A stretch of DNA of 64,000 nucleotides from Vicugna vicugna (lineage: Eukaryota). Where the stretch lies: contig MU057521.1 in the NCBI GenBank assembly GCA_013265495.1, positions 124,001 through 188,000 of the forward strand, in the 5' to 3' direction. Positions 52,719-64,000 of the stretch are shown here, piece after piece (positions within the stretch are counted from its first letter, which is position 1; the number at the start of each line of letters is the position of its first letter). A program made the translations under genes and the position numbers. Under the pieces are notes generated by a model. It did not search any database, had not been told where the DNA came from, and saw only the letters and a program-made list of their open reading frames with translations.

Positions 52719-54964
52719 TTTTTTAACATTTTTTATTGATTTATAATCATTTTACAGTGTTGTGTCAAATTCCAGTGTTCAGCACAATTTTTCAGTCATT
52801 CATGGACATATACACACTCATTGTCACATTTCATTTTCTGTGATTTATCATAACATTTTGTGTATATTTCCCTGTGCTATACAGTGTAATCTTGTTTATC
52901 TATTCTACAATTTTGAAATCCCAGTCTATCCCTTCCCACCCTCTACCCCCCTGGTAACCACAAGTCTGTATTCTCTGTCCATGAGTCTTTAGATTCCACA
53001 TATGAGCGATCTCATATGGTATTTTTCTTTCTCTTTCTGGCTTACTTCACTTAGAATGACATTCTCTAGGAGCATCCATGTTGCTGCAAATGGCATTATG
53101 TTGTCGGTTTTTATGGCTGAGTAGTATTCCATTGTATAAATATACCACCTCTTCTTTATCCAGTCACCTGTTGATGGACATTTAGGCTGTTTCCATGTTT
53201 TGGCTATTGTAAATAGTGCTGCTATGAACATTGGGGTGCAGGTGTCATCCTGAAGTAGATTTCCTTCTGGGTACAAGCCCAGGAGTGGGATTCCTGGGTC
53301 ATATGGTAAGTCTATTCCTAGTCTTTTGAGGAATCTCCACACTGTTTTCCATAGTGGCTGCACCAAACTGCATTCCCACCAGCAGTGTAGGAGGGTTCCC
53401 CTTTCTCCACAGCCTCTCCAGCATTTGTCATTTTTGGATTTTTGAATGACGGCCATTCTGACTGGTGTGAGGTGATACCTCATTGTAGTTTTGATTTGCA
53501 TTTCTCTGATAATTAGTGATATTGAACATTTTTTCATGTGCTTTTTGATCATTTGTATGTCTTCCTTGGAGAATTGCTTGTTTAGGTCTTCTGCCCATTT
53601 TTGGATTGGGTTGTTTATTTTTTTCTTATTGAGTCGTATGAGCTGCTTATATATTTTGGAGATCAAGCCTTTGTCGGTTTCACTTGCAAAAATTTTCTCC
53701 CATTCCGTAGGTTTTCTTCTTGTTTTATTTCTGGTTTCCTTTGCTCTGCAGAAGCTTGTAAGTTTCATTAGGTCCCATTTGTTTATTCTTGCTTTTATTT
53801 CTTCTAGGAGAAAATTTTTGAAATGTATGTCAGATAATGTTTTGCCTATGTTTTCCTCTAGGAGGTTTATTGTATCTTGTCTTATGTTTAAGTCTTTAAT
53901 CCATTTTGAGTTGATTTTTGTATATGGTGTAAGGGTGTGTTCTAGCTTCATTGTTTTACATGCTGCTGTCCAGTTTTCCCAACACCATTTGCTGAAGAGA
54001 CTGTCTTTATTCCATTGTATATTCTTGCCTCCTTTGTCGAAGATGAGTTGACCAAAAGTTTGTGGGTTCATTTCTGGGCTCTCTATTCTGTTCCATTGGT
54101 CTATATGTCTGTTTTGGTACCAATACCATGCTGTCTTGATGACTGTAGCTCTATAGTATTGTCTGAAGTCTGGGAGAGTTATTCCTCCAGCCTCTTTCTT
54201 TCTCTTCAGTAATGCTTTAGCAATTCTAGGTCTTTGATGGTTCCATATAAATTTTATTATGATTTGTTCTAGTTCTGTGAAATATGTCCTGGGTAATTGG
54301 ATAGGGATTGCATTAAATCTGTAGATTGCCTTGGGCAGTGTGACCATTTTAACAATATTGATTCTTCCAATCCAAGAGCATGGAATATCTTTCCATTTTT
54401 TAAAGTCTTCTTTAATTTCCTTCATCAATGGTTTATAGTTTTCTGTGTATAATTCTTTCACCTCCTTGGTTAGATTTATTCCCAGATATTTTATTACTTT
54501 GGGTGCTATTTTAAAGGGGATTGTTTCTTTACTTTCTTTTTCTGTTGATTTATCGTTAGTGTAAAGAAATGCAACTGATTTTTGAACATTAATTTTGTAA
54601 CCTGCTACCTTGCTGAATTCTTCAATCAGCTCTAGTAGCTTTTGTGTGGACCTTTTAGGGTTTTCTATATATAGTAACATGTCATCAGCATATAATGACA
54701 CTTTTACCTCTTCTTTTCCAATTTGGATCCCTTTTATTTCTTTCTCTTGCCTGATTGCTGTGGCTAGGACTTCCAGGACTATGTTGAATAGGAGTGGTGA
54801 TAGTGGGCATCCTGTCTTGTCCCAGATTTTAGTGGGAAGCTTTTGAGTTTTTCACTGTTGAGAACTATGCTGGCTGTAGGTTTGTCATATATAGCTTTTA
54901 TTATGTTGAGATATGTTCTGTCTATCCCCACTTTGGCGAGAGTTTTTATCATAAATGGGTGTTG
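52719..54964 (-). mobile_element. Young 5'-truncated LINE-1 (partial ORF2 RT + C-terminal domain, 3'UTR, polyA)
   Basis: Open frame 54701-52989 (YADD, CWRGC...HCWWEC); perfect TSD ACTAACTGGCTTTT at 52705-52718 and 54965-54978 followed by AA; frameshift near 54812. Confidence 0.97.
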
Positions 54965-56249
54965 ACTAACTGGCTTTTAATGTTTATCATTTCCAAGTCC
55001 TTCTCCGCTTAATTATGAGAAACGCCAGTGAATTCAAATATCCCCATGGGAAAACAGTAAACGTATACTCGATTCCATCCAAAAGCATGCAGGCTGAGCC
55101 TGGCTCAGTTGAAAAGAAGGACCTCGCTAGTCTAGGAGGGCAAACAGGTTTCTGCCGAGCTCTCTGCCTCTTTCTTGTTCAGTCTTTTCCACATTTGATC
55201 CAGCCGAAGCCACCAGAGACACCCTGTGCTCCTGACCTCAAGGGTGTCTGCTTTGCACACTGACCGGTCAGCACTGTTAAGAGGGGATTTAGTAAGAAAC
55301 AATACTTCAGCTACTGTCTTAACAAGGGTGGTGATCTCTTGCCGCCCTCCGGGCAGTTCTAAAAGCTGTCCTTTCGTGTGGCCAGTTGGAACTGGGCAAA
55401 GGGCGGACTTGGACAGTGAAGAGGGCCCGGCCAACAGGACCAAGCACACATTGTATCCATCCCATTCATGCGCGTGGGAAGAGCCAACCCATAGCTCTCC
55501 ACCCTCCCAACACAGAAGCTCCTCACTCTCTCTCCCCTTTCTCATTGGGCCTCTCACAACAGCATCGCTGTCCGCAGTCTCACTGTGCCTCGAGCACTCA
55601 CACCTGCTGGGAAAACTAAGCATTTGCAAAAAAACGGCTCCTCGGCTGCTCCACTCCTATTGTTTCGTAAGATCCCCGTCAGGGGGTGGATGACTGGATG
55701 AGCAGGGCATCGGCTCTTAATTGTTTTCAGATTTGACCACTTTGACTAAGACAGTGGACTCAGCTCTCGTTCAAATATTTTTCATTCCAAACTGAGGTCC
55801 TCATAGATGAATCTGAATTCCTCAAGACCTTGGAGGCATAATGAGAATAGATTATATCTTCTTCATTGAGAGTTGTGTTTGGAAAGGACTTAGGTCACTG
55901 GAGTTGCATTTGATTTGTCAGGCTTGGTTTTATTCTTTATCATGGCAGATCTTGTCAGTTTTTAGCTTAGTCCTAGGGCGAAGGTCCTTTATTTTGGAGC
56001 TTCACCCTTAGTTTGAAAGCCTGGTTTGTCTAGAGTCTCCCCTGAGTGTCCCAGGCACTTGGCAAGGCCTCTTCCCTCCTCCGGGACTGGAGCTCCCAGG
56101 GCCAGTTAACCTAGTCTGCCAGCTGCTCTCTGCTGCGCTGCACTCAGAGCTTCAGCTCTGCCTTCTCAGCTCAGCGAGACCCGTCCTCCTGGGCTCCACC
56201 TCCGGGCACCACAGCACGTAAGTCCTCCAGGGAGAACGGGTGATCTGTG

Positions 56250-56368
56250 TGCTTCCTGGCTCTCTTCTTTCAGGGATGATGGTCTTGCGCTGCCTTTGTT
56301 CGATCGATGCTTCCTGGCTCTCTTCTTTCAGGGATGATGGTCTTGCGCTGCCTTTGTTCGATCGATGC
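56250..56368 (+). repeat. Perfect 58-bp tandem duplication
   Basis: 56250-56307 = 56308-56365, plus TGC overlap. Confidence 0.95.
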
Positions 56369-56869
56369 CGGGAGACTGTTGCTTCAGGTGTTGTTGTCCA
56401 CTTGTACAGTTACTTACGACTCGGGGGGCAAGCGCTGTGCCAGTTACTCCCTCCTGGGGAGTAATTGAGCGTGGACACCTGATTGTCTTTATTTCCAGGA
56501 AGACTTTTTTCTGTTTGTGTTTGTTTGTAATAGCCAGATAAGTATATTTTCATAAACGGGCCAGCGGGTGTCAGTAAAAGGCAAAGCAGTGACATGTGAG
56601 TTTTGTATTGGGCTGTCAGATAGTTAATTATCAGAGTCAGAGCTTAGCAACTAAATCCGTCTTTTAAATGTAATAACTCTACGCGTAGTTCTCTTTTTTT
56701 GTTGGCGGGGGTGGACAGGTGGTAGCAAGAGGAGGCATTTGATCTTCCAAGGGAGCAGTAGGATCGCCAGACACTCAGCTGTTCTGGCCAATCATAAGGC
56801 CTTGGGAACTCCCACTCAGAAGGTTTTCACAAAGAAATCTCACACCTCCCAGGGCCAGTGCCCGTTATA

Positions 56870-57426
56870 CCGTACACCTGATCAAGCTGGCCTTAAGGTT
56901 CTCTTTAGTTTGGTTAAACTTTAGACAGACTTCTTCCTGATTCTCAGCCAGACCCATGACCTTCAACTTCCTAAAACATTTTTTTTTTTAGAAAACTTGT
57001 AAAAATCTTCCTCTATCACTTTGAGATGTAAAGTTTTTAAATTAAACTTCTTGCCTGTTTTATAACCCAAGAACGTCTTTCTCAAGGACCTGGAAGCCAT
57101 GCCTTTGAAATGTCATCATCAAGTAAGATGGTGCCTCCATCTCCCCGTTGCAGTGGGGGGAGAGGGGGCAGGAGACTTTGACGGACACCTCGCTCCAAGG
57201 TGTAAAACTAGCTCACGTCAGGAAGATAGGAGCATGTTTATTTTTCGTCTGGGTAAGGTCAGTTAGCAGATGCCTGAAGATCTCATTACTCCAGCTCTTA
57301 AGACTCTCTTTGTTTCAGCAGAGTTGAGCTCAGACTGAGTTCTGGCCTCTCTCCCCTAATGCGGTTGCTTTGAATAACATCTTCCTTGTGTGCTTGACTT
57401 TGTCCAGTGCAATTTCTGCTTTGACC
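56870..57426 (+). mobile_element. ERV1-type solo LTR (MER34-like)
   Basis: ggttaaactttagacag, tttgagatgtaaa, ctttgaaatgtcatcatcaag, 3' end gctttgac; left boundary approximate. Confidence 0.7.
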
Positions 57427-57599
57427 TACGAAACCGGAATTTATGTAAAAATCTCTAAGTTATCCTTCACATTTTAAACAAGTATTTTATTCACCATATT
57501 TAGTGTGATGTAGACATTCAAATACAGGCTCAGGGTTTTTGAATGTAAAGTACTTGTATGTGAGAGACTATATGAGAGTTTTGTTCCTGAAAAAAAAAT

Positions 57600-57712
57600 T
57601 CTATATGTCTGTAAAGATGGTTACACATATCTGCCAATGTACTGAAATCCACTGAATTGTTCATTTTTAAATGGATGAATTTATGGTGTGTGAGCTGGTT
57701 CAATAAAACCGT
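57600..57712 (+). mobile_element. Old L1 3' terminal fragment
   Basis: ccactgaattgt...aaatggatgaattt...caataaa. Confidence 0.6.
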
Positions 57713-60700
57713 AAGCTTCCAGCGAGTATAGTGCTTGTCAGCCACAGTGGAACCTAAACAAGACAAGACAAGAATTCTTCTAGTGTTAATAAGTTCATCG
57801 TTTGTATTGCTGTTTCACCCACTGAAGAATTCTTTGTCATTAAGGTGTTTCAAATGCGTTAGAAACAGTGTTCAGAAAATTATACAACTCATATAACAGT
57901 GATTATTACAAAATTTAAGAATAACTGAAGTTGAATGAGTTGGTTATGCATCTAAGCATAGAAAGCTTACTAGACCTTTATTTAAAGTATTGTATTATTT
58001 AAAACTATAAAAAGTCATAACTCTAATAGCTTTTCAGAAGGGTCCTTGAACTCCCCGAAACCTGAGTAAAAATTGCATTTCCCTTATTAATAATTGCTAG
58101 ATGTATGTAACTTTAAAATACATATTTGCCAGAAGTTGGCTGAGTGAATTTTGTTGGCTACATGCAGGAATGCAGTATTAATGTACACTGTTAGTCTCGT
58201 AATAGAAATCAGCTTGTTATGTGAACAAGACTTTATATAATAACTGCTTTATAAAATAGGATTCTTCCAGGTAGGATCAAGCCAAATATAGCTCTTTTAT
58301 TAAAGTATATTTATTAAAAACATGCTAGAAAAAGAACAAAAGTTATGCAGAGAAACTCATGCAGATATGTCATATATAAAGTTGCTCTCTTAAATTTTCG
58401 CTTTGAAATCAAAGTTTGAATGGTTGGCAATATATTAATTTCCTCACTAGACCCTGCACAGTGCAAAAAGTACTGTTTGTGTGAGTCCGTGTTTCACTTT
58501 GAGCTCAGTACTGTTCCAAAATTATTTCAGTACCTTAAATCATATCATACTTATGCTATAAAGTGAATTTTAAGCAATTTATTGTCTCTGTTTCTATAGC
58601 TGTGAAGACAGCACCCTTGATCCTTCTCACACTCACATATGCACTCGAAATTAGACATATCTTTAAGGGAAAAGTTTTTATAGACTAATTAGTCTGTTAT
58701 ATGATCATGATGAATATGAGATGGCTAAATTATTCTTCAGGAAATTTTTATTTAAAATTTTTGAAAAATAATTATTAAAATAATGTTTTATTACAGAATG
58801 CCAAATTATAAAGACTCAAATAAAGCCACTCTTCCATAGAAAGGATATTCCTATATTAAATATAAAAATCGAAGATTTTAGTTTTAATTTGTCTATGTAA
58901 GTGACTGAGCAATGTATAAATTCATACCAAATAATGGCAAAAAAGACTTCCTTGATAATGCCACTAAGAAAGTTCAGCTGGTATAAGAGTTTGAGAACAC
59001 AGTATTTCCTTAAGTCAGTTAAAAGTTATTTAATAACCTATTTAAATAGATGAAACCAAAATACTCTCTTTTTATCAATGTTGAGTTCTATTCCAAGGGT
59101 CATGAATTTGAGAAGATAGTTGTGCTTGAAAACTGTGATAACCAGGTTAGCAAGTAATTACGACTAAAAAGAGCATCTAATTCTATGCGGATAAAAATGA
59201 CATTCCATCCGTGTAAAACCAGCCATTTTGTACAAATAGCAAAATAATGCTTGTGGGAATAAAAATATCAAGTACAACCCGATATGGGCTATTAGTTAAA
59301 TTTCTAATGGTCAACTCAGAATAATTTATTTCTTTAACGTATTTAACCTACAAGTTTCCCAGGGGAAAAATGAGTGAAAAGCTAACCAATTTGAACCACT
59401 AACTTAGATGAATGGCAGAAGAGAGAATTTCTTCTTGCTCCTCGAGACAACTCAGTATCCCTGCTATTATTTAAATTTCTAATGGTCAAATCAAAATAAA
59501 AAGAGAGAGGGAAGGGTCTCAGGGGATAAGGTACCTGGAACCTAACAGAAGGGTGGAGCCTAGTAAGCGGATATGCACGGAGACGGTCTTAGGGCGGAGG
59601 CTGGCCAGTGAGTTTACCGGAGCAGTGGTGTTTGACATGCAATTTAAAATTGTCCTAATCTGTAATGTAATTTTTCACTCTGAGCCAAAATATTTTCAGT
59701 AAAAATCTGATACAAACAAAAGCCTTGGCTAGTGGAGTTTGGGACATGAAAAGAAGATAATCACAGTTCTCTACAAGAGAACAGCAGCACAGCAAGCAAT
59801 GCTTAGTAACCGGAGTGCATTGTCTCAGGAGTGGATGTGGGACTATCACCTTCCTCCCAGTAAGAAATCCTGCTGAAGGGACATCCCACTTTGGGAGGTT
59901 TGCAGACTCCTAAGAAAATACCAGTTAACAGAATGTCGAATATTCTATAAAACAACTTGGTTTAGCCTCTTAAAAAAAAAAAAGTCAAGGTTGTTAATAC
60001 AAAGAAGGAGATGAGAAGGAATGAAAGACTTCTCTATATTATTGTCGCACAGCAGGGAAACAGGCTCCTCAAAACCTTGCTTTGAGGCAATTGAGCAGGC
60101 AAAGGATTTTATAAGGTTTGGGGGATGGAGCTACTGTGAACACAGCAGGTGGCTGAGATGTTGAGAAGACCCAGAGCAGATTTCCATGCACACTGGCCTG
60201 TACATTTTCCAAACAGACACCTGGTTAATGTGAGCAAGAGAAAAAGATCCTGCCCTTTCTCTGAGAAAGATATGAGTGATGGCAAAAAAGGGAGAACAGA
60301 GTAGACATGAAATTATACTAACAAAGGAATCAGAATTACAGTGTTCCTGTAATCTTGGCTACGGCAGTCGCTTACAGGGACCACCTTGAGAAAGGAGTCC
60401 ACTTAAGACTGAATTATGTGACAGAGCCACTGTGTTTTGTAGCAATTTAGGAAAAAACGTTAAATGAATAAAATTAGAAATTTGAGGGGAAAAGATATAG
60501 AAAAACATGAAATACAAAGGATACTCTTTGGTTCAAAAATATCATTTATCTAAATTTTGTGTATCTAAATTTTGAAACGTATTATTATAATTCTACTCAA
60601 ATTTTTCCTTAGGTTAATTCCTAAACAGAATATTTTGTTTCAAGGAAAGAAAGAATTTATGTTAAATTTCTTATCTATAAAGAGCAGGTTGGGAAAAGGC

Positions 60701-62005
60701 ATGTATTGCCATATTGAAAACACAGAGTGTATTTCTGCATATAAAAAATACAAAATGAAAGCACTTTAAGCATAAAAGAAATGTATGAGTGAAATCAGTA
60801 TTTTTTTAGAAATGCAATTTTATGTTAATTAAATTATTTATAATTCAGCTTTCAGGTACAACTAATTAGCAAAATGGGAGTGTCAGGTTAAAATTCAGCA
60901 ATATTTAAATTATTTATGGCATTATTTATGGTATTTCATCTTAAAATTCTTTAAACCTTGGATTTAGTTCTCTGACCACATACAATCTAATTAGTAATAT
61001 TCATAATGTTCTTTATGTATCTAAGAAATGCTCATTTTCTTAAATTTAATCTTCTATCTTACTGATTAAATTTGCTCTTTAATCTGCAAAAGCACAAAAT
61101 AGATTTATTTTTGAAGCTCTAGAGCATTTGGCTGATTCAACATATTAATTGAAAAACAATTAATATTGCTGAATCTTTGTGCAGGGTTCAAATGATGGTT
61201 TAGGGCAGTGCAGCTGAACGGTGCATCTGCCCTGCCCACCGAGCAAGGAGTCCACCCTGAGGGTGAAGAGGAAAGAGCCCACAACACGGGTTCCACCTAC
61301 TCCACTGGCCTCAAAAGCCCCGCTCAGGCCAGAGCAAATAGCAGTTTCCCACTCTTCTCTTTACCTTTCTTTTTTCTCACGATGCCATCTCTTCCCTAGA
61401 GACCTTCATCCTGGCTTCATATTCTGTGTCTAAACAGAGGTCGTATCTGATTTGGTGATGTCTTTGTGTATAGAATTTTGTGTATGTAAAAATCGAATGC
61501 AATAGGAATCGTTTTCTACTTCTAATAATTTCAAAGGAAACAGAAGATGGTGGGGTTTTTTTTGTGCCATTAACCAAATTTCTAATAAATGAAATAATAT
61601 TCAAAGAGTTGATGAACTGGAAGGATTAACTGCTGTAGAATTCCTAATTTGTTTCAAGCCACAGAATTTGATTTCTCACTTTTAAAAAATGAGAATATTA
61701 ATCTACGCCTCGCAGTGTTCTCTTGTGAAAATTAACTGGTATTATGAATGTAAATTAACTGAGGCTCAGAGAAATTAAGCAATCTGCTGCATAAATGACA
61801 GGTGAAGGATCTAGTTCCAGTTAGTAGAACTTGTTAGATGCATTTGGAAAGAAGTTGGGTCCCATGACTCTTAGAAACTGATCTTTTTTTATAGGTTCAG
61901 TTGAATATGCCACTTTACTGAACTATAATTCACTATAATCCCTTTACTCCTTTCCTGATGGAAAACACACACGTACCAAGAAACCTTCCTTGCATTTATT
62001 TAATT

Positions 62006-62024
62006 TGTCCACCAGATGGCAGTA
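62006..62024 (+). promoter_or_regulatory. CTCF motif
   Basis: TGTCCACCAGATGGCAGTA fits the core CCASYAGRKGGCRS exactly. Confidence 0.65.
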
Positions 62025-62259
62025 TCAGCCCACAGGCTGTCGAACAGTCCAGTAAAAGTTCTTGTAAAACTTTGACATCCTTTATTTGCGCGAAGCTAAG
62101 TAAACCTAGGCTTGACCACATTTGTCCCCCGATGTGTTGATACTCTTAACCATTCGCAAATGAAAGACTACTGAAAAGTCCCACATGGACGTTGTTTTGC
62201 CGCATTACCGTGAGTGAGGCCTGATGGGGCCAGTCGCAGTTCAAGAGTCACCAGGGGCA

Positions 62260-62620
62260 GGAACTGTTGACGGTCTGGTTACTCCCAGCTGCCCCGGGAG
62301 AACCCGGCACATCACGCGGGGCCGCTCAGGGGCGACACCAGGGTGATCACCAGGCGCGGGGGCGGGCGGACGTGGGCTCTAGACAGGTGCCTTTATTGTA
62401 GTTTCTATGGAAAAGAAAGGAGGCAGGAAAGCAGGTTTAGGCTTGGCTAATTGGCTAATATCAGCAGGTGGGGGCCGTCCCTGGTTGCCTGGTACCCGGC
62501 CCTGGGGCAGTGAGGGGCGTCCTCTGGGATGCGGACTTACTCTTCTGCTCTGGAAGAACTGACAGCCTCGAAACTGGGTCAAGAACCCCCTCCCCGCCCC
62601 ACGCACACACACACCTCCCT
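62260..62620. promoter_or_regulatory. Small CpG-rich, promoter-like patch
   Basis: GC/CpG-rich in an AT-rich window; GGGGCGGG GC box ~62359, ATTGG (CCAAT) ~62450. Confidence 0.5.
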
Positions 62621-63224
62621 GTCTGGTATGTTTCCTTTAAATTTTGTGGCAAGTCCCTTCCTATTTCATACAGATCAAAGTCCTTTCTATCTTGTTGAAA
62701 ATGAAGACTCTTTACTGTGTTAAGTCATGGTTAGTGGAAATCAGTTAAACAATCATGTATTATGTAATAGAAAGCAAATTGTGGCTCCTGATAGCAAAAT
62801 GATTAAAAAACGGGGAAGGCGCATAAAAATTCAGATGGAAAGGATAAATTCAGGGTAAGAGTGGCACATACATTAAAACATGAAAATTGAAAGCCTGGAG
62901 GGACTGGCCTAAGTTTATATCAACACCCCCAGCCCTTCCTCATCCCTCTCCGAATCAGAAGAGGCCTCTACGCCATGCAGAAGTAAATGATCATCTGGCA
63001 AGAGGACCCTTCCCCAAGGCTCTCCATTCTGGTAAAGAGGTGATGGAGGAGGAGCACTCAAATTTATACGCACCTGTGACTCTGGCCACGCAAGTTATTG
63101 CAGTGATTATGACCAGAGAAGCCCTTTCTACAGCAGCTCTCAGGAATACTGCTCATCTGCTTGATGCAGGAAAAATGGATGTGGAGCACAAGAAGGGCCA
63201 TGTCCCAGGCTTTGGTTGAGCCCC

Positions 63225-63817
63225 TGAGACGTGCCCTGCCAGGTGTGGGTCCTTGGCTTCGTGCAAGAAAGAATCCAAAAGCAAGCCACAGTTGAGTAAA
63301 GGTAGATTAATTCAGAGAGATACGTTGAAGGGCAAGAGAAAGGCCACGAGGTGTGGGGGTTGGGTGCTCAGATTAAAAGTAGGTACACGCTCCATAGACT
63401 GAGTGTGGGCTGTCTCTGAATGAAGGGAGGGAGGGAGGGAGGGAGAGAGAGAGAGAGAGAGAGGCTGCCGCCCTGAGGGGCAGTGCTGCCCATTTTTATG
63501 GGCTTTGGTAGTTTCATATGCAAGTAAGTGGAAGGACCAGTCTAACTAGCCTGGGGAAGGGGCTGGGATTCCCAGGAAGTTGGCCATTTCCCCATCTTTG
63601 ACCTTTTGTGGCTAGCCTTGGGACTGCCGTGGTGCCTGTGGGCATGTTATTCACCATGTTAATATATTACAGTGGGCATATAATTAAGGTCTACTAGAAG
63701 TTAAATCTCCCACCATCTTGAGCCTCAAGGCCTCCTGAGGGTTGAATCTTGCACCATTTTGATGTTAATTGCTGTAGCATTCCTTGAATGGCTGTACCCT
63801 GCCCCCTTCCTGTCTCC
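63225..63817 (-). mobile_element. ERV solo LTR with internal (GGGA)n(GA)n tract
   Basis: Inverted termini tgagac...gtctc, ~590 bp, LTR-like composition; no clear TSD. Confidence 0.65.
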
Positions 63818-64000
63818 TGCTCTTGGATTTACCTGAGGCACATCAGTCAGGGAGGGAGACTGACCAATTCAATGAGTTGTAAAGAAAGAATAGACCCATT
63901 TTAGAGATAGAATTGTAGTGGGAGATACACAGCATTTAATCCAAAGTGTAGATTTCTACCTTATTTCTAATCTTTTTTCACATTCACTTTTTAATTATGT

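Noticed and set aside
52989..54701. 570-aa ORF as a host gene or active retroelement
   Set aside because: It is L1 ORF2 lacking promoter, ORF1 and endonuclease, with a frameshift near 54812. The + strand ORFs over it are antisense shadows.
55015..55693. Overlapping 155-165 aa ORFs on both strands
   Set aside because: Non-ATG or weak starts, locally higher GC, and no domain or splice support.

Overview
AT-rich, repeat-dense mammalian genomic DNA, most likely camelid (three tRNA-derived SINE copies resemble the camelid Vic-1 family). The main content is an apparently intact 15-exon + strand gene (CDS 15790-40378, 1641 nt spliced, 546 aa) encoding a PLP-dependent glutamate decarboxylase. Its exons 3-15 have the lengths and phases I recall for GAD1, but the protein differs clearly from GAD67, GAD65, GADL1 and CSAD and has its own short N-terminus. 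It best fits GAD3, the little-studied third vertebrate GAD gene reported lost in hominids. All catalytic and glutamate-selectivity residues are retained. The rest is old L1/L2/MIR/MaLR/ERV/hAT debris, one young 5'-truncated L1 with a perfect target-site duplication, a motif-dense candidate enhancer (~46.3 kb), CTCF and RFX motifs, and a small CpG-rich promoter-like patch near 62.4 kb. Repeat family names and paralogue comparisons are from memory, not database searches.
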